Source of the DNA: Betaproteobacteria bacterium
GTDB lineage: Bacteria; Pseudomonadota; Gammaproteobacteria; Burkholderiales; UBA3065
Reading direction: 5' to 3'
Length of the DNA: 64,000 nucleotides
Assembly (NCBI GenBank): GCA_027490755.1
Contig: JAIXXL010000037.1
Location: 4,352-68,351 of the forward strand
The position numbers were made by a program, and so were the translations under genes. Positions 55,249 through 63,748 of the stretch are shown in pieces (position 1 is the first letter of the stretch; each line of letters opens with the position of its first letter). A model generated the notes under the pieces. The model was given only the letters and a program-made list of their open reading frames with translations. It was not told the DNA's origin and ran no database searches.

Positions 55249-58200
55249 TTAGACGAAGTCGAAGTTGGCTGCCACTAGGGCACCCGGGCTTACACCACTG
55301 ATCTGCGCCAAAGTCGTGATTGCGACTGCAGAAGCACTCGCGAGGGTCAGAGTGGTGTTTGCACCAGTGCTTCCACCCTCAACGTTGGCGAGCGAGACAT
55401 AGGTGTCACTGCCGTCCGTCCAGACCACAAGATAGTTGGCGCTTGCCGCGTCAGCCAGTGCCGAAGCAAGAGTGCCGTCTGCCTGCAAGTCCGTAACCAT
55501 TGCGGTGAGGCTAGCATATGCGGTAGTCAGAAGGATGACGTTATCGTCAAACGTGAACGCTGCGCCGCTTCCCGTAGAGAAAACTGCGTCGGAGGCGGCT
55601 GCAATCGCCGAACCGTCACCCGCAAAAATGCCGGTAGCGAACTCCGACACGTCAAGTTCAATCTGATCGCCACCCGAGGCAGTCGCGCCTCCGATAAAGT
55701 TGATGATGTTATCTACACCACCATTTGCAGAGACAAAGCGGATCTTGTCATTGCCCGAAGCGGCAGTCCGGCCGCCCAGCAGAGTGATGACATCGTTACC
55801 GTCACCACTGGTGATGGTGTTAGCACCTGCACCCAACTTAATTTCGATTGAATTGGACACGCCAGACAGATCGATTGTAAAGGCTCCGGAGGCTCCAAGA
55901 CCAGTTGCATTGACTTCACCCAGCGTGGTGGTGGTGATGGTGCCGATAGTTACGTTCAATGCACCAGAAACAGAGATTGCGCCGACAGCCGAAGCGTTAA
56001 TTGTGCCGAATGTCACGTCAGCACCATCGACGCCAGCGATTGCGATTGCTCCGACACGACCTTGGCTTGCATTACCACCAGAGAAAGCGGCAATGTTGCC
56101 GAAATCAGCACCTGCTCCTGATCCCGCGACGATCGAGTAAGCCCCAATAGCTGAGGCGGCTACTGCTCCAAACTCAGCCGAGGCGTCCGAACCAAGCAAA
56201 GTCAGCGAAACTGCACCGACCTCGCCCGCGGTGGTGGTGATCGCCCCGAGATCAGCAGAAGCACCTGAGCCCACCGTCAGCGTAACTGACGAGACATCGA
56301 CGTTGACCGTCGCGGTTGCGCTTATCGGACCTGCACTCCAATCGGCGTTTTCACCAACGGTCACGGCCCCGAACGTGATTTGGGCACCGGTTCCGGCGTT
56401 TTGTGCGTCGATGGAGTTGATCGCGTAAGTCGCGCTTGCGCCAACCGAAACCGCGCCGAATGCAAGGTTCAATGGGGCACTATCCGCAGTTACGTTTTGG
56501 GCGCGGTCCAGAACAATCGCCGCGACATCAAGGTCACCGCCAGTGCCGTTTGACGCAACATTAATCGTTGTTGTGCCTTGTGAAGTCACGGTAATGGCAC
56601 CAACGGTCACGTCAGAGTTCGCGCCTTGGGTAATCGAAATGGTAATGTTTTGTGCTGCGCCAGCGGTAGAATTGTTGCCCAAATCAACGGTGCCGACAGT
56701 GACGTCTGCACCCGACGTCGCGTTAAGAACGATCGACGTGATGGCGGAGCCACTGACGTCTCCCACAGTGATATCGGCAGCGTCAGTACCTCTCGCATTA
56801 ATGGTGACACTTGCGAGCGTGGAACCTGCCAAGTCGACGTTATTGAAAGTTATACCAGCCGAGCCGTTCGAGGTCACGGTCAGCGAGGTTGCACCACCAA
56901 CATCCATGTCGCCGTTATCGGTACCGATGGCTAGGTCCGCTTCACCGCCGGAGGTAGCAATTGTCAGCGACTTCAGGTCGGAATCAAACGACGCGGTACC
57001 GATGGAGCCGCCAACCGTACCCGATACGCCCACGGCGTTGATGGTCACGTTAGCGACGTCGGTGATGGCCAGCGTACCGACACCCACGGTGCCCGATACC
57101 GAGCCGAGGTTCAGGGTCGTCGAGGCGGCGCCCGACGCGTAGTCGAGCGTCACGTTGCCGATGTCATCGTCATTCAGGGTGATTGTCGTGCCGTTGGCAA
57201 CCGCCTCCAGCGCAGCGACGTTACCTGCCGTGCCGGCAGCCAGCGTGTAGGCCGTCGTCGTCGAGGCCGAAGCGTTCAGCGTGCCACCTGCCGCTTCAGT
57301 GAAAGTCACGGTCGCGCTCTCGACGTTCGTGGTGTTCAGGTTGCGGTTGAAACCCGCCACGCTAACTGTCACGGTATCGGTACCTGCACCACCATTCACC
57401 GAGTCGTTGTTGCTCAGGGTTGTGCCGAGGCGAATAGTGTCGTTGCCAGCACCACCGGTGACAGTCACATCAGAAACGCCAGACAATGTGATATCAAGAT
57501 TACCGCTTGCGGTAGACGCGTTCAGCGCTGTGATCGTGTCATCAGTGCTGAGATATGCGTTACCTGCGCCGCCGATGTTAAGCGTACGTAGATCGGCACC
57601 CGCTTCCAGCGTGGCGTAGTTGGTGCCAGTCGCCAGGGTTACGCTCATGGTGTCAATCAGGCCAGCATTGTCCAGATCAACGTCGATATCGGCCACACCA
57701 GCAGATGCGAGCGACTCAGCGGTACCACCGCCAGACCCGGCGCTTGTGAGGGCAACAGTCACAGCATCTGTCCCGGAGGTCAGGCCAACATAGTCAAGGT
57801 TTACATCCACTTCGTTCTTGACGCTGATTGTCGGTGTGGTGGACAGGCCTGAGACACGGATGGCAGTCTCATCAAGAGAATTGTCGAACGAGAGAGTTGT
57901 AACGCCTGACCAGTCTTGTGCGTTCAGGGCTAGTGCTGAGCCCGGCCCTGCTTCCAGCAGGCGAAGGTTTATGTTTTCGACATTTCGCAGCGTGACGAAA
58001 GGTGCTTGGCCGCCGCTCATCATATTTAGGGAAAGCGTATCAGTGCCCGCGCCGCCGTCAATGTAGTCGCCAACGTTGAAAGTGCCACTTACGCCGATCA
58101 GGCCGGTGATCGTGTCGTTACCCGACGTTGCCGTCGGGCTGTCCACACTAGTAGTGAGCGTGAAAGTGCCGCCCGTCGTGGTCGTGCCGCTGCCCGAGCC

Positions 58201-58590
58201 GGCATCAAAGGCTGTCGCCGCCTTCGTGTCGTCGATGTTCGCGTCATTGACGTCGACGGCCTTCTTGCCCAGCTTCGTGCCGCCGAAGGTCGACGTCTTG
58301 CCGTCGAAGGCTGCGTTCAGCGCGCCGTCGAGGAAGCGCACCGACACGGCAGTCGCGCCGTTGGCCAGCTGGAAGACGACGGTCTGTTCGCCGTTGGTCA
58401 GGGTGATGGTACGGCCCGAGGCGCGCACGGTGTACTCGGAGGCCAGGCCTTCGATGTTCAGCACGTCGGCGTTGGTGAGGCGACCGGCGATGGTCACGCG
58501 GGTAGCGTCCGCGCCGATGACGTAGGTGTCGGCGGCGTTCGCTGTGTCACGGAAGGTCTTGCGACCCGAAGTGGCAGTAAAAGTCGGCAT
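55249..58590 (-). CDS. RsaA-like S-layer / surface-array protein, T1SS-secreted
   Basis: 1113 aa with AGGAG RBS. No signal peptide. '...GGTFTLTTSVDSPTATSGNDTITGLIGVSGTFNVGDYIDGGAGTDTLSLNM...VENINLR' parallels Caulobacter RsaA '...LSLTTGTDTLTGTANNDTF...GGAGTDVLNW...IETMNV'. Long T/A/G/V/S/N-rich body. Tail is '...YLVVWTDGSDTYVSL...PGALVAANFDFV'. Confidence 0.8.
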   Translation of the reverse strand: MPTFTATSGRKTFRDTANAADTYVIGADATRVTIAGRLTNADVLNIEGLASEYTVRASGRTITLTNGEQTVVFQLANGATAVSVRFLDGALNAAFDGKTSTFGGTKLGKKAVDVNDANIDDTKAATAFDAGSGSGTTTTGGTFTLTTSVDSPTATSGNDTITGLIGVSGTFNVGDYIDGGAGTDTLSLNMMSGGQAPFVTLRNVENINLRLLEAGPGSALALNAQDWSGVTTLSFDNSLDETAIRVSGLSTTPTISVKNEVDVNLDYVGLTSGTDAVTVALTSAGSGGGTAESLASAGVADIDVDLDNAGLIDTMSVTLATGTNYATLEAGADLRTLNIGGAGNAYLSTDDTITALNASTASGNLDITLSGVSDVTVTGGAGNDTIRLGTTLSNNDSVNGGAGTDTVTVSVAGFNRNLNTTNVESATVTFTEAAGGTLNASASTTTAYTLAAGTAGNVAALEAVANGTTITLNDDDIGNVTLDYASGAASTTLNLGSVSGTVGVGTLAITDVANVTINAVGVSGTVGGSIGTASFDSDLKSLTIATSGGEADLAIGTDNGDMDVGGATSLTVTSNGSAGITFNNVDLAGSTLASVTINARGTDAADITVGDVSGSAITSIVLNATSGADVTVGTVDLGNNSTAGAAQNITISITQGANSDVTVGAITVTSQGTTTINVASNGTGGDLDVAAIVLDRAQNVTADSAPLNLAFGAVSVGASATYAINSIDAQNAGTGAQITFGAVTVGENADWSAGPISATATVNVDVSSVTLTVGSGASADLGAITTTAGEVGAVSLTLLGSDASAEFGAVAASAIGAYSIVAGSGAGADFGNIAAFSGGNASQGRVGAIAIAGVDGADVTFGTINASAVGAISVSGALNVTIGTITTTTLGEVNATGLGASGAFTIDLSGVSNSIEIKLGAGANTITSGDGNDVITLLGGRTAASGNDKIRFVSANGGVDNIINFIGGATASGGDQIELDVSEFATGIFAGDGSAIAAASDAVFSTGSGAAFTFDDNVILLTTAYASLTAMVTDLQADGTLASALADAASANYLVVWTDGSDTYVSLANVEGGSTGANTTLTLASASAVAITTLAQISGVSPGALVAANFDFV
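56904..57236 (-). repeat. near-identical 333-bp tract, arm 2 (inverted partner 52141-52473)
   Basis: See arm 1. Confidence 0.85.
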
Positions 58591-58627
58591 GCAATGCTCC
58601 TGTTATAAGTAAGCAACGATTGGTGCC

Positions 58628-58646
58628 GGTACCGGGGTCCGGTACC
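58628..58646 (-). other. perfect 8-bp stem / 3-nt loop hairpin in the S-layer gene 5' leader
   Basis: GGTACCGG-ggt-CCGGTACC, 38-56 nt upstream of the ATG at 58590. Confidence 0.5.
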
Positions 58647-58756
58647 TTGCGGCTAACTGCGGCGGGTTTTTGCCCTTTTATCCACAATTACCCGATAACA
58701 ATAGATGCTTCTTAGAAACATTCCTGTGAACAACGTCACAATTTCTGAAATAGTTT

Positions 58757-60271
58757 TCAAAAGCGGTAGTTCAGCCCCGTCAGCACCTGCGTGATGTCGA
58801 GGGTGGAGAGGCCAATATTCGAGCGGTCGCGAATGCTTTCAACTTCGATAACGATTGCCCACGGGCTGCGCGGGTCGGCGCCCGGCACCCAGACGGCTTC
58901 GAGCTTGGCGGCCCGGCGCTGCACCCAGCGGCGATCGCCGCCGGCCAGTAGCGGGCTGTAGCCCTGCGCGTCGCGACTGTCGGCCAGCAACAGCACGGCG
59001 CCCAGCTGCAGGCCGGGGCGGGCCTGCCAGCGCGCAAACCCGAGCGCTTCGGCGCGGCGGGTGTCGCCGCCGGGGCGGTCGTTGACGGCGCTGTCGTGGC
59101 CGAGGCGCAGCTGGCCGCCCCACTGCCAGTCGCCGGCTGCGCATTCGGCGCCGGCGCCCAGCCACGGAATCTGCGCGTCGTACTCGCTGGCGCCGGCAAA
59201 GATGCGGCGCTCGGCATCGACGCGGGTGCTGAGGCTGCAGCGGCCGGCCGGCAGGCGCACGCCGCCGCTGGCCTGCAGCAGGCTCACGCCGCGCTGGTCG
59301 ATCCGCAAGTCGCGCAGGTGGGCGCCGGCGAACAGCATGGCGCCGGCCACGCCGCGCCAGTCGAGCGGCCGGCGCCAGGTGCCGCTGGCGGCCACGTCCC
59401 ACTGGTCTTGCGCGCTTTCGTGGCCGTGCTGGCGGTGGCGCAGCAGCGCGCTGGTGTCGGCCTGGCGGCCGTCGGCGAGTTCGAAGCGGCGGGTCAGGCT
59501 GGCGCGCACTTCACCGAAACTGTCGGCCCGCGGGCGGTAGCTGGGGTCGAGCAGCAGCGTGGCGGGCACGCCGTCGAGCGACAGGCTCAGCGCCGAGACG
59601 GCCAGCCCGTAGTTGGCGTTGCTGGTGTGGCCGCCGAAGGCGCCGAGCTCGGCCTGCCAGCCGCGCCAGCGGCGGGCGGCCGCCATGCTGCGGCGCACGC
59701 CGGCAATGTCGGCGCGCAGCGCCGGCGGCGGGTCGAACTGCTTGTCGACATGGGCGAGGATCTCGTCGGCGGTGTCGATCTCGCCCAGCCGGAAGTGGGC
59801 AATGGCCAAATCGAGCCAGGCGCCGGCATAGCTGGGCTGCACGAGCACGACGCGCTCGAGCGCATGGACGGCCGCGGCCGGGCGGCCGGCGGCCAGCGCC
59901 ATCGTGCCGAGCAGGTAGTCGTAGTCGGGGTCGCCGACATGGGCAGCTTCGTGCGAGGCGACGAGCTCGAACGCAGCCTCGGCACGGCCGGCCTCGGCCA
60001 GCGCCCGCGCCTGCGCGCGCAGCGTGTCGATGAAGCCGCCGGCGTGGGCGGGGGTGGAGTCGGGCGCGCTCGGCTGTTCGGCCGGAGCCGATGGCGCCGG
60101 CTGTGCCACTGCGAGGCCGGGCACCAACATAGGCACCAGCGTCGGCACCAGCGCGCCGGCGGCAAGGCCCCAGGACAGCAACGCGGCCGGCGCACTGTGC
60201 AGCCAGCGGGCGAGCGCATACCGGCGCGGTCGTGCCGCACCCGATCGGGCGGGGGCCGGGGGACGATGCAC
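58757..60271 (-). CDS. outer-membrane protein with N-terminal TPR domain and C-terminal beta-barrel (DUF560/Slam-like architecture, tentative)
   Basis: 504 aa. Signal-like N-terminus, TPR-like 'AEAGRAEAAFELV..GDPDYDYLLGTMALAAGRPAAAVHALERVVLVQPSYAGAWLDLAIAHFRLGEIDTADEIL', alternating-pattern C-terminal half ending '...QVLTGLNYRF'. Confidence 0.55.
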   Translation of the reverse strand: MHRPPAPARSGAARPRRYALARWLHSAPAALLSWGLAAGALVPTLVPMLVPGLAVAQPAPSAPAEQPSAPDSTPAHAGGFIDTLRAQARALAEAGRAEAAFELVASHEAAHVGDPDYDYLLGTMALAAGRPAAAVHALERVVLVQPSYAGAWLDLAIAHFRLGEIDTADEILAHVDKQFDPPPALRADIAGVRRSMAAARRWRGWQAELGAFGGHTSNANYGLAVSALSLSLDGVPATLLLDPSYRPRADSFGEVRASLTRRFELADGRQADTSALLRHRQHGHESAQDQWDVAASGTWRRPLDWRGVAGAMLFAGAHLRDLRIDQRGVSLLQASGGVRLPAGRCSLSTRVDAERRIFAGASEYDAQIPWLGAGAECAAGDWQWGGQLRLGHDSAVNDRPGGDTRRAEALGFARWQARPGLQLGAVLLLADSRDAQGYSPLLAGGDRRWVQRRAAKLEAVWVPGADPRSPWAIVIEVESIRDRSNIGLSTLDITQVLTGLNYRF

Positions 60272-60285
60272 TGCCTCGCCCCGCG

Positions 60286-61470
60286 TTACCGTGCCCAGCG
60301 CAGGATTCCGTAAGCTTTCAAGTCGCTGCTGATGTTCTTGAAGTAAACGTAGGCGGCTTCGTCGCCGTTGCCATTGAGGGCGCCGGAGACGGCGACATTC
60401 GAGGCGTCGCGGTCGGGGGCGAGGCGGCCGGTGCTGCCGATGCCGCCCTTGCTGTAGAGGACGTGGTCCTGCCCCTCGAACTCCCAGCGGAAGCTGGTCG
60501 CGTAGCGCATCTTGTCGAAGTTGACCGAGAAGTTGGCGGCCGAGACGGCGGCCGGCTCGTAGTTGCCCTGGCTGCGGCCGAAGGCCTGGCTTTCCTGCAG
60601 CCGGAACGAGACGAAGCCGGTGGTCGGCAGGCGCGCGGCCTCGACGGCGCGGAACAGCACCAGCGCATCGTTCTGCCCCACCACTTCATAGCCGGCCGGC
60701 ACGCTGGCGTGGCCCGACCAGCGGCCCCACATCAGGCTGGGGCTGCCGCCCATGCCGTCGGGCAGCCCGGCGCTGGCGGCGCCGTCGCGGTTGACTTTGG
60801 GTTCTTCGGGGCGCGGCAGCTCGAACGGCAGGCGGCCGTTGGGCGGCGCCACCAGCACCGGCGCGGCCGTGCCCTTGACTTCGAGGTAGTTGCCGGTCAG
60901 CGAGCCGACGAGTTCGCGCGCGGCCGTGCCGCCGCAGGGGCCCAGGGCGGCGCGCGCGCAGTCGTCGCCAAACGGCGAGACGACGACGGCGCCCTGCTGG
61001 ACGGCCACGCGCGTCAGCGCGTCGCGCGCCTGCACGAGGAAATCGGTGCCGCGAATGCCGATGGCGGCCACCGGCGTATTGACGCGGAAGTTGTCTTTGG
61101 CGGCCTGGCCGGCGCGCCCGGTGATCAGGCGCGCCACGCCCTTGGAGAGCTGGAAGCGCACGCGGTTGGCAGCCGGGTTGGCCGCGTCGAACGCATACTG
61201 CTCGATGGCCAGCGACGAGTTCGGGCGCACGCTGACGAAGGCGTCGTCGACGAAGCGCAGGTGGACATGGCCGTTGGCGCCGGTGACGATGGTCTGGCCG
61301 GCGGCAATGCCGTCATTCTTGCGCACCGGGGTGCCGTCGGCCAGCCGGGCGTCGCCAATGGCAAACAGCACGCGCCCGACCGGCTCGGCCGCGCCGACGA
61401 GCGCCGGCAGCAGGCCGGCACAGGCGGCCAATGCCAGCAGAACGACACGAATCGGGGCTGCAAATGTCAT
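60286..61470 (-). CDS. FecR-domain periplasmic/exported protein
   Basis: Start taken at 'MTFAAPIRVVLLALAACAGLLPALVGA' (signal peptide; track start 61581). 'GRVLFAIGDARLADGTPVRKNDGIAAGQTIVTGANGHVHLRFVDDAFVSVRPNSSL' (FecR). 'GIRGTDFLV'. Confidence 0.75.
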   Translation of the reverse strand: MTFAAPIRVVLLALAACAGLLPALVGAAEPVGRVLFAIGDARLADGTPVRKNDGIAAGQTIVTGANGHVHLRFVDDAFVSVRPNSSLAIEQYAFDAANPAANRVRFQLSKGVARLITGRAGQAAKDNFRVNTPVAAIGIRGTDFLVQARDALTRVAVQQGAVVVSPFGDDCARAALGPCGGTAARELVGSLTGNYLEVKGTAAPVLVAPPNGRLPFELPRPEEPKVNRDGAASAGLPDGMGGSPSLMWGRWSGHASVPAGYEVVGQNDALVLFRAVEAARLPTTGFVSFRLQESQAFGRSQGNYEPAAVSAANFSVNFDKMRYATSFRWEFEGQDHVLYSKGGIGSTGRLAPDRDASNVAVSGALNGNGDEAAYVYFKNISSDLKAYGILRWAR

Positions 61471-61752
61471 GGTGCGCGGGTTTTCCGGTGAGGCGGCACC
61501 GCTTGCACGGCACCGAATGCCCGAGCGGCTCGGCACGCGTTGCGCGCGCTGCCACCGACGGACTCCTGTACAGAACAACACTATGACAAATTAACATGAA
61601 GCAACTGTGACACAGCTAACAATTCTTCATGCAACAACGAAAGAAGCACGGCCGGCCTGCTTGTCAAAAGCAGAATTGCCTTTTTAAAACAAGGGCTTGC
61701 CTATCCGGTGCCGCCGCAGGCGGCGGCCGCATTCGCTTATACAAACCGTTTG

Positions 61753-63705
61753 TTATTTGCTATTGACCGTGTAGACGTCCAGCGGCTGCGACAGCGCCTC
61801 GATTGCGTAACTGCCGACGCCGCGCACCTGGTCGGCGGCCAGCAGTTCGGCCGTTGGCCGGCCCATCAGCAGGTTGTCGTCGAGTTCGCGCGTCAGGCGC
61901 TCGATGCGCGAGGCGACGTTGAAGGCCTGGCCCTGGGCCGACCATGCGAAATGGTCGCGGCTGCCGTAGACGCCGACCGACAACGGGCCGGTATTGAGGC
62001 CGATGCTCAGCCGCAGCGGGCCGTAGCCGCGCTCGCCAAACCAGCCGGCGAGGCGGTCGATGCCGTCCTGCATGGCCAGGGCGGCGCTGACGGCACGGGC
62101 CGCGTCGAGCGCCTCGGCCGCCGGCGCGCGACCGTCGGGCGCGGCCGGCCGCACCGGCAGCGACACCCGCAGCGCCCCCGCCTGGCCCGCCTGGCCGCCG
62201 GCCGGCGCGCCCCACAGGGCGACCAGGCCGTCGCCGGTGTATTTCTCGATGATGCCGCCATGGCGCGTGACCTCGGCCGACAGCACCTCGAAGCATTTCT
62301 GCGCGAACTCGGCCACCTGCTCGGGCCGCTTGCCTTCGGAGGCGCGGGTGAAGCCGCGGATGTCGGCAATCAGCACCGTCATCATCCGCAACTCGGTCTC
62401 GGGGCCGATGCGCTGGTCCTCGAGCAGGCGGCCGACCAGGAGGCTGGGCAAAAAGCTGCTGAAGCGGTGGCCGACGCCCTGCAGGCGCGCCGACAGCGAG
62501 ACGTTCTGGCGCAGCAGGTCGAGCGCGGCGATGGCCAGCACGAGCAGCGGCAGCGGGCTCAGCGGCAGCCACAGGTCGCGCGCCAGCAGCAGCCACGACA
62601 GCACGGCCGCCAGCGCGGCCAGCGCGACGACCGGCCACAGCAGCGCGGCATGGCGGTGGCGCGGCCACAGCAGCCACGACAGCAGGACGGCCGCCAGCAG
62701 CAGCAGGAAAGGCGCGGAGTCGGCCGCCAGCGGGCGGATCGGGCGCTGGTCCAGCAGGGCGGCCAGCAGCTGGGCATGGACTTCGACGCCGGGGGTCAGC
62801 GTGTCGATCGGGGTGGCGACGCGGTCGCCGATGCCGAGCGCCGAGCTGCCGACCAGCACCAGCGCATTGTCGAGCGCGGGAATGGCGCGCGCCGGATCCA
62901 TCGCGTCGGCCGCCGAGACGACCGGGAAGCCGCCTTCGGCCACCCGGTAGGGGACGACCAGCGCGCGCCGGGCGTCGAGCGGCAGCTCGAGCGGCTCGGC
63001 CTGCCCGGCCGCCACGCGCAGGCGCGTGCCGCGCTCGCGGTATTCGGCCTCGGGGGCGCCGCCGCCGGTGTCGCCGGCCAGCTGCGCGAACATCTGCAGC
63101 GACAGCGTCAGCATGCAGTCGTCGGCCACGCAGGCCAGCGGGTACAGGCGGCGCACGCGGCCGTCGTCGTCGATCAGCGGGCTGATGTGGCCGACGCCGG
63201 CGTGCGGCGGCACCAGCCGGCGGTCGTTGGCGATGAAGCCGACGGCACGCGGGGCGGCGACGTCGCCGCGCACGCGCACCCGGCCCGCCAGATGGCCGAC
63301 GCGATTGTCGGAACGCGGCGAAAAATCGAGCGTCTGGCTGGCGACGACTTGCGGCTGCGCGAGCGCGGCGCGCAGCGCGGCGTCGCCGGGCCGCGGGTCC
63401 GGGAAGACGATGTCGAGGCCCAGCAGGGCCACGCGGTGGCGGCCGGTGAGTTCGTTGACGAGCTGCGCGACCGTGGCGCGCGGCCACGGCCAGGCACCGA
63501 GGCGGGCGAGGCTTTTTTCATCGATGTCGACGATGACGATGCGCGGCTCGTCGGCGACCGCGGGCGCAACCGCCACGAGGCTGTCGTACAGATGATGCTC
63601 GAGGCTGTCGAACGGCAGCTCGGGGCGCACGAGATAGGCCCACAGCAGGAGCAGCGCGGCGATGGCTACCGGCGCGCGGGCGCGCCATGCGTGCAGGCGG
63701 CGCAT
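61753..63705 (-). CDS. CHASE2-sensor class III adenylate/guanylate cyclase
   Basis: 650 aa. N-terminal TM then a periplasmic CHASE2-type region ('IVIVDIDEKSLARLGAWPWPR', 'VVASQTLDF'), a block of TM helices, then 'MTVLIADIRGFTRASE ... GGIIEKYTGDGLVALWGAP ... IGLNTGPLSVGVYGS ... WSAQGQAFNVASRIE'. Confidence 0.85.
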   Translation of the reverse strand: MRRLHAWRARAPVAIAALLLLWAYLVRPELPFDSLEHHLYDSLVAVAPAVADEPRIVIVDIDEKSLARLGAWPWPRATVAQLVNELTGRHRVALLGLDIVFPDPRPGDAALRAALAQPQVVASQTLDFSPRSDNRVGHLAGRVRVRGDVAAPRAVGFIANDRRLVPPHAGVGHISPLIDDDGRVRRLYPLACVADDCMLTLSLQMFAQLAGDTGGGAPEAEYRERGTRLRVAAGQAEPLELPLDARRALVVPYRVAEGGFPVVSAADAMDPARAIPALDNALVLVGSSALGIGDRVATPIDTLTPGVEVHAQLLAALLDQRPIRPLAADSAPFLLLLAAVLLSWLLWPRHRHAALLWPVVALAALAAVLSWLLLARDLWLPLSPLPLLVLAIAALDLLRQNVSLSARLQGVGHRFSSFLPSLLVGRLLEDQRIGPETELRMMTVLIADIRGFTRASEGKRPEQVAEFAQKCFEVLSAEVTRHGGIIEKYTGDGLVALWGAPAGGQAGQAGALRVSLPVRPAAPDGRAPAAEALDAARAVSAALAMQDGIDRLAGWFGERGYGPLRLSIGLNTGPLSVGVYGSRDHFAWSAQGQAFNVASRIERLTRELDDNLLMGRPTAELLAADQVRGVGSYAIEALSQPLDVYTVNSK

Positions 63706-63748
63706 CAGGCGGCGCGGCCGTTGGCGCGACTGTTGGCGCTGCCGCCGG

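Noticed and set aside
61390-61470. Lipobox in the FecR-like protein ('LLALAAC'), which would make it a Slam-type surface lipoprotein
   Set aside because: The hydrophobic core continues past the Cys ('AGLLPALVGA') and a better signal peptidase I site follows ('VGA-AEP'). A lipoprotein call is not supported without SignalP/LipoP.
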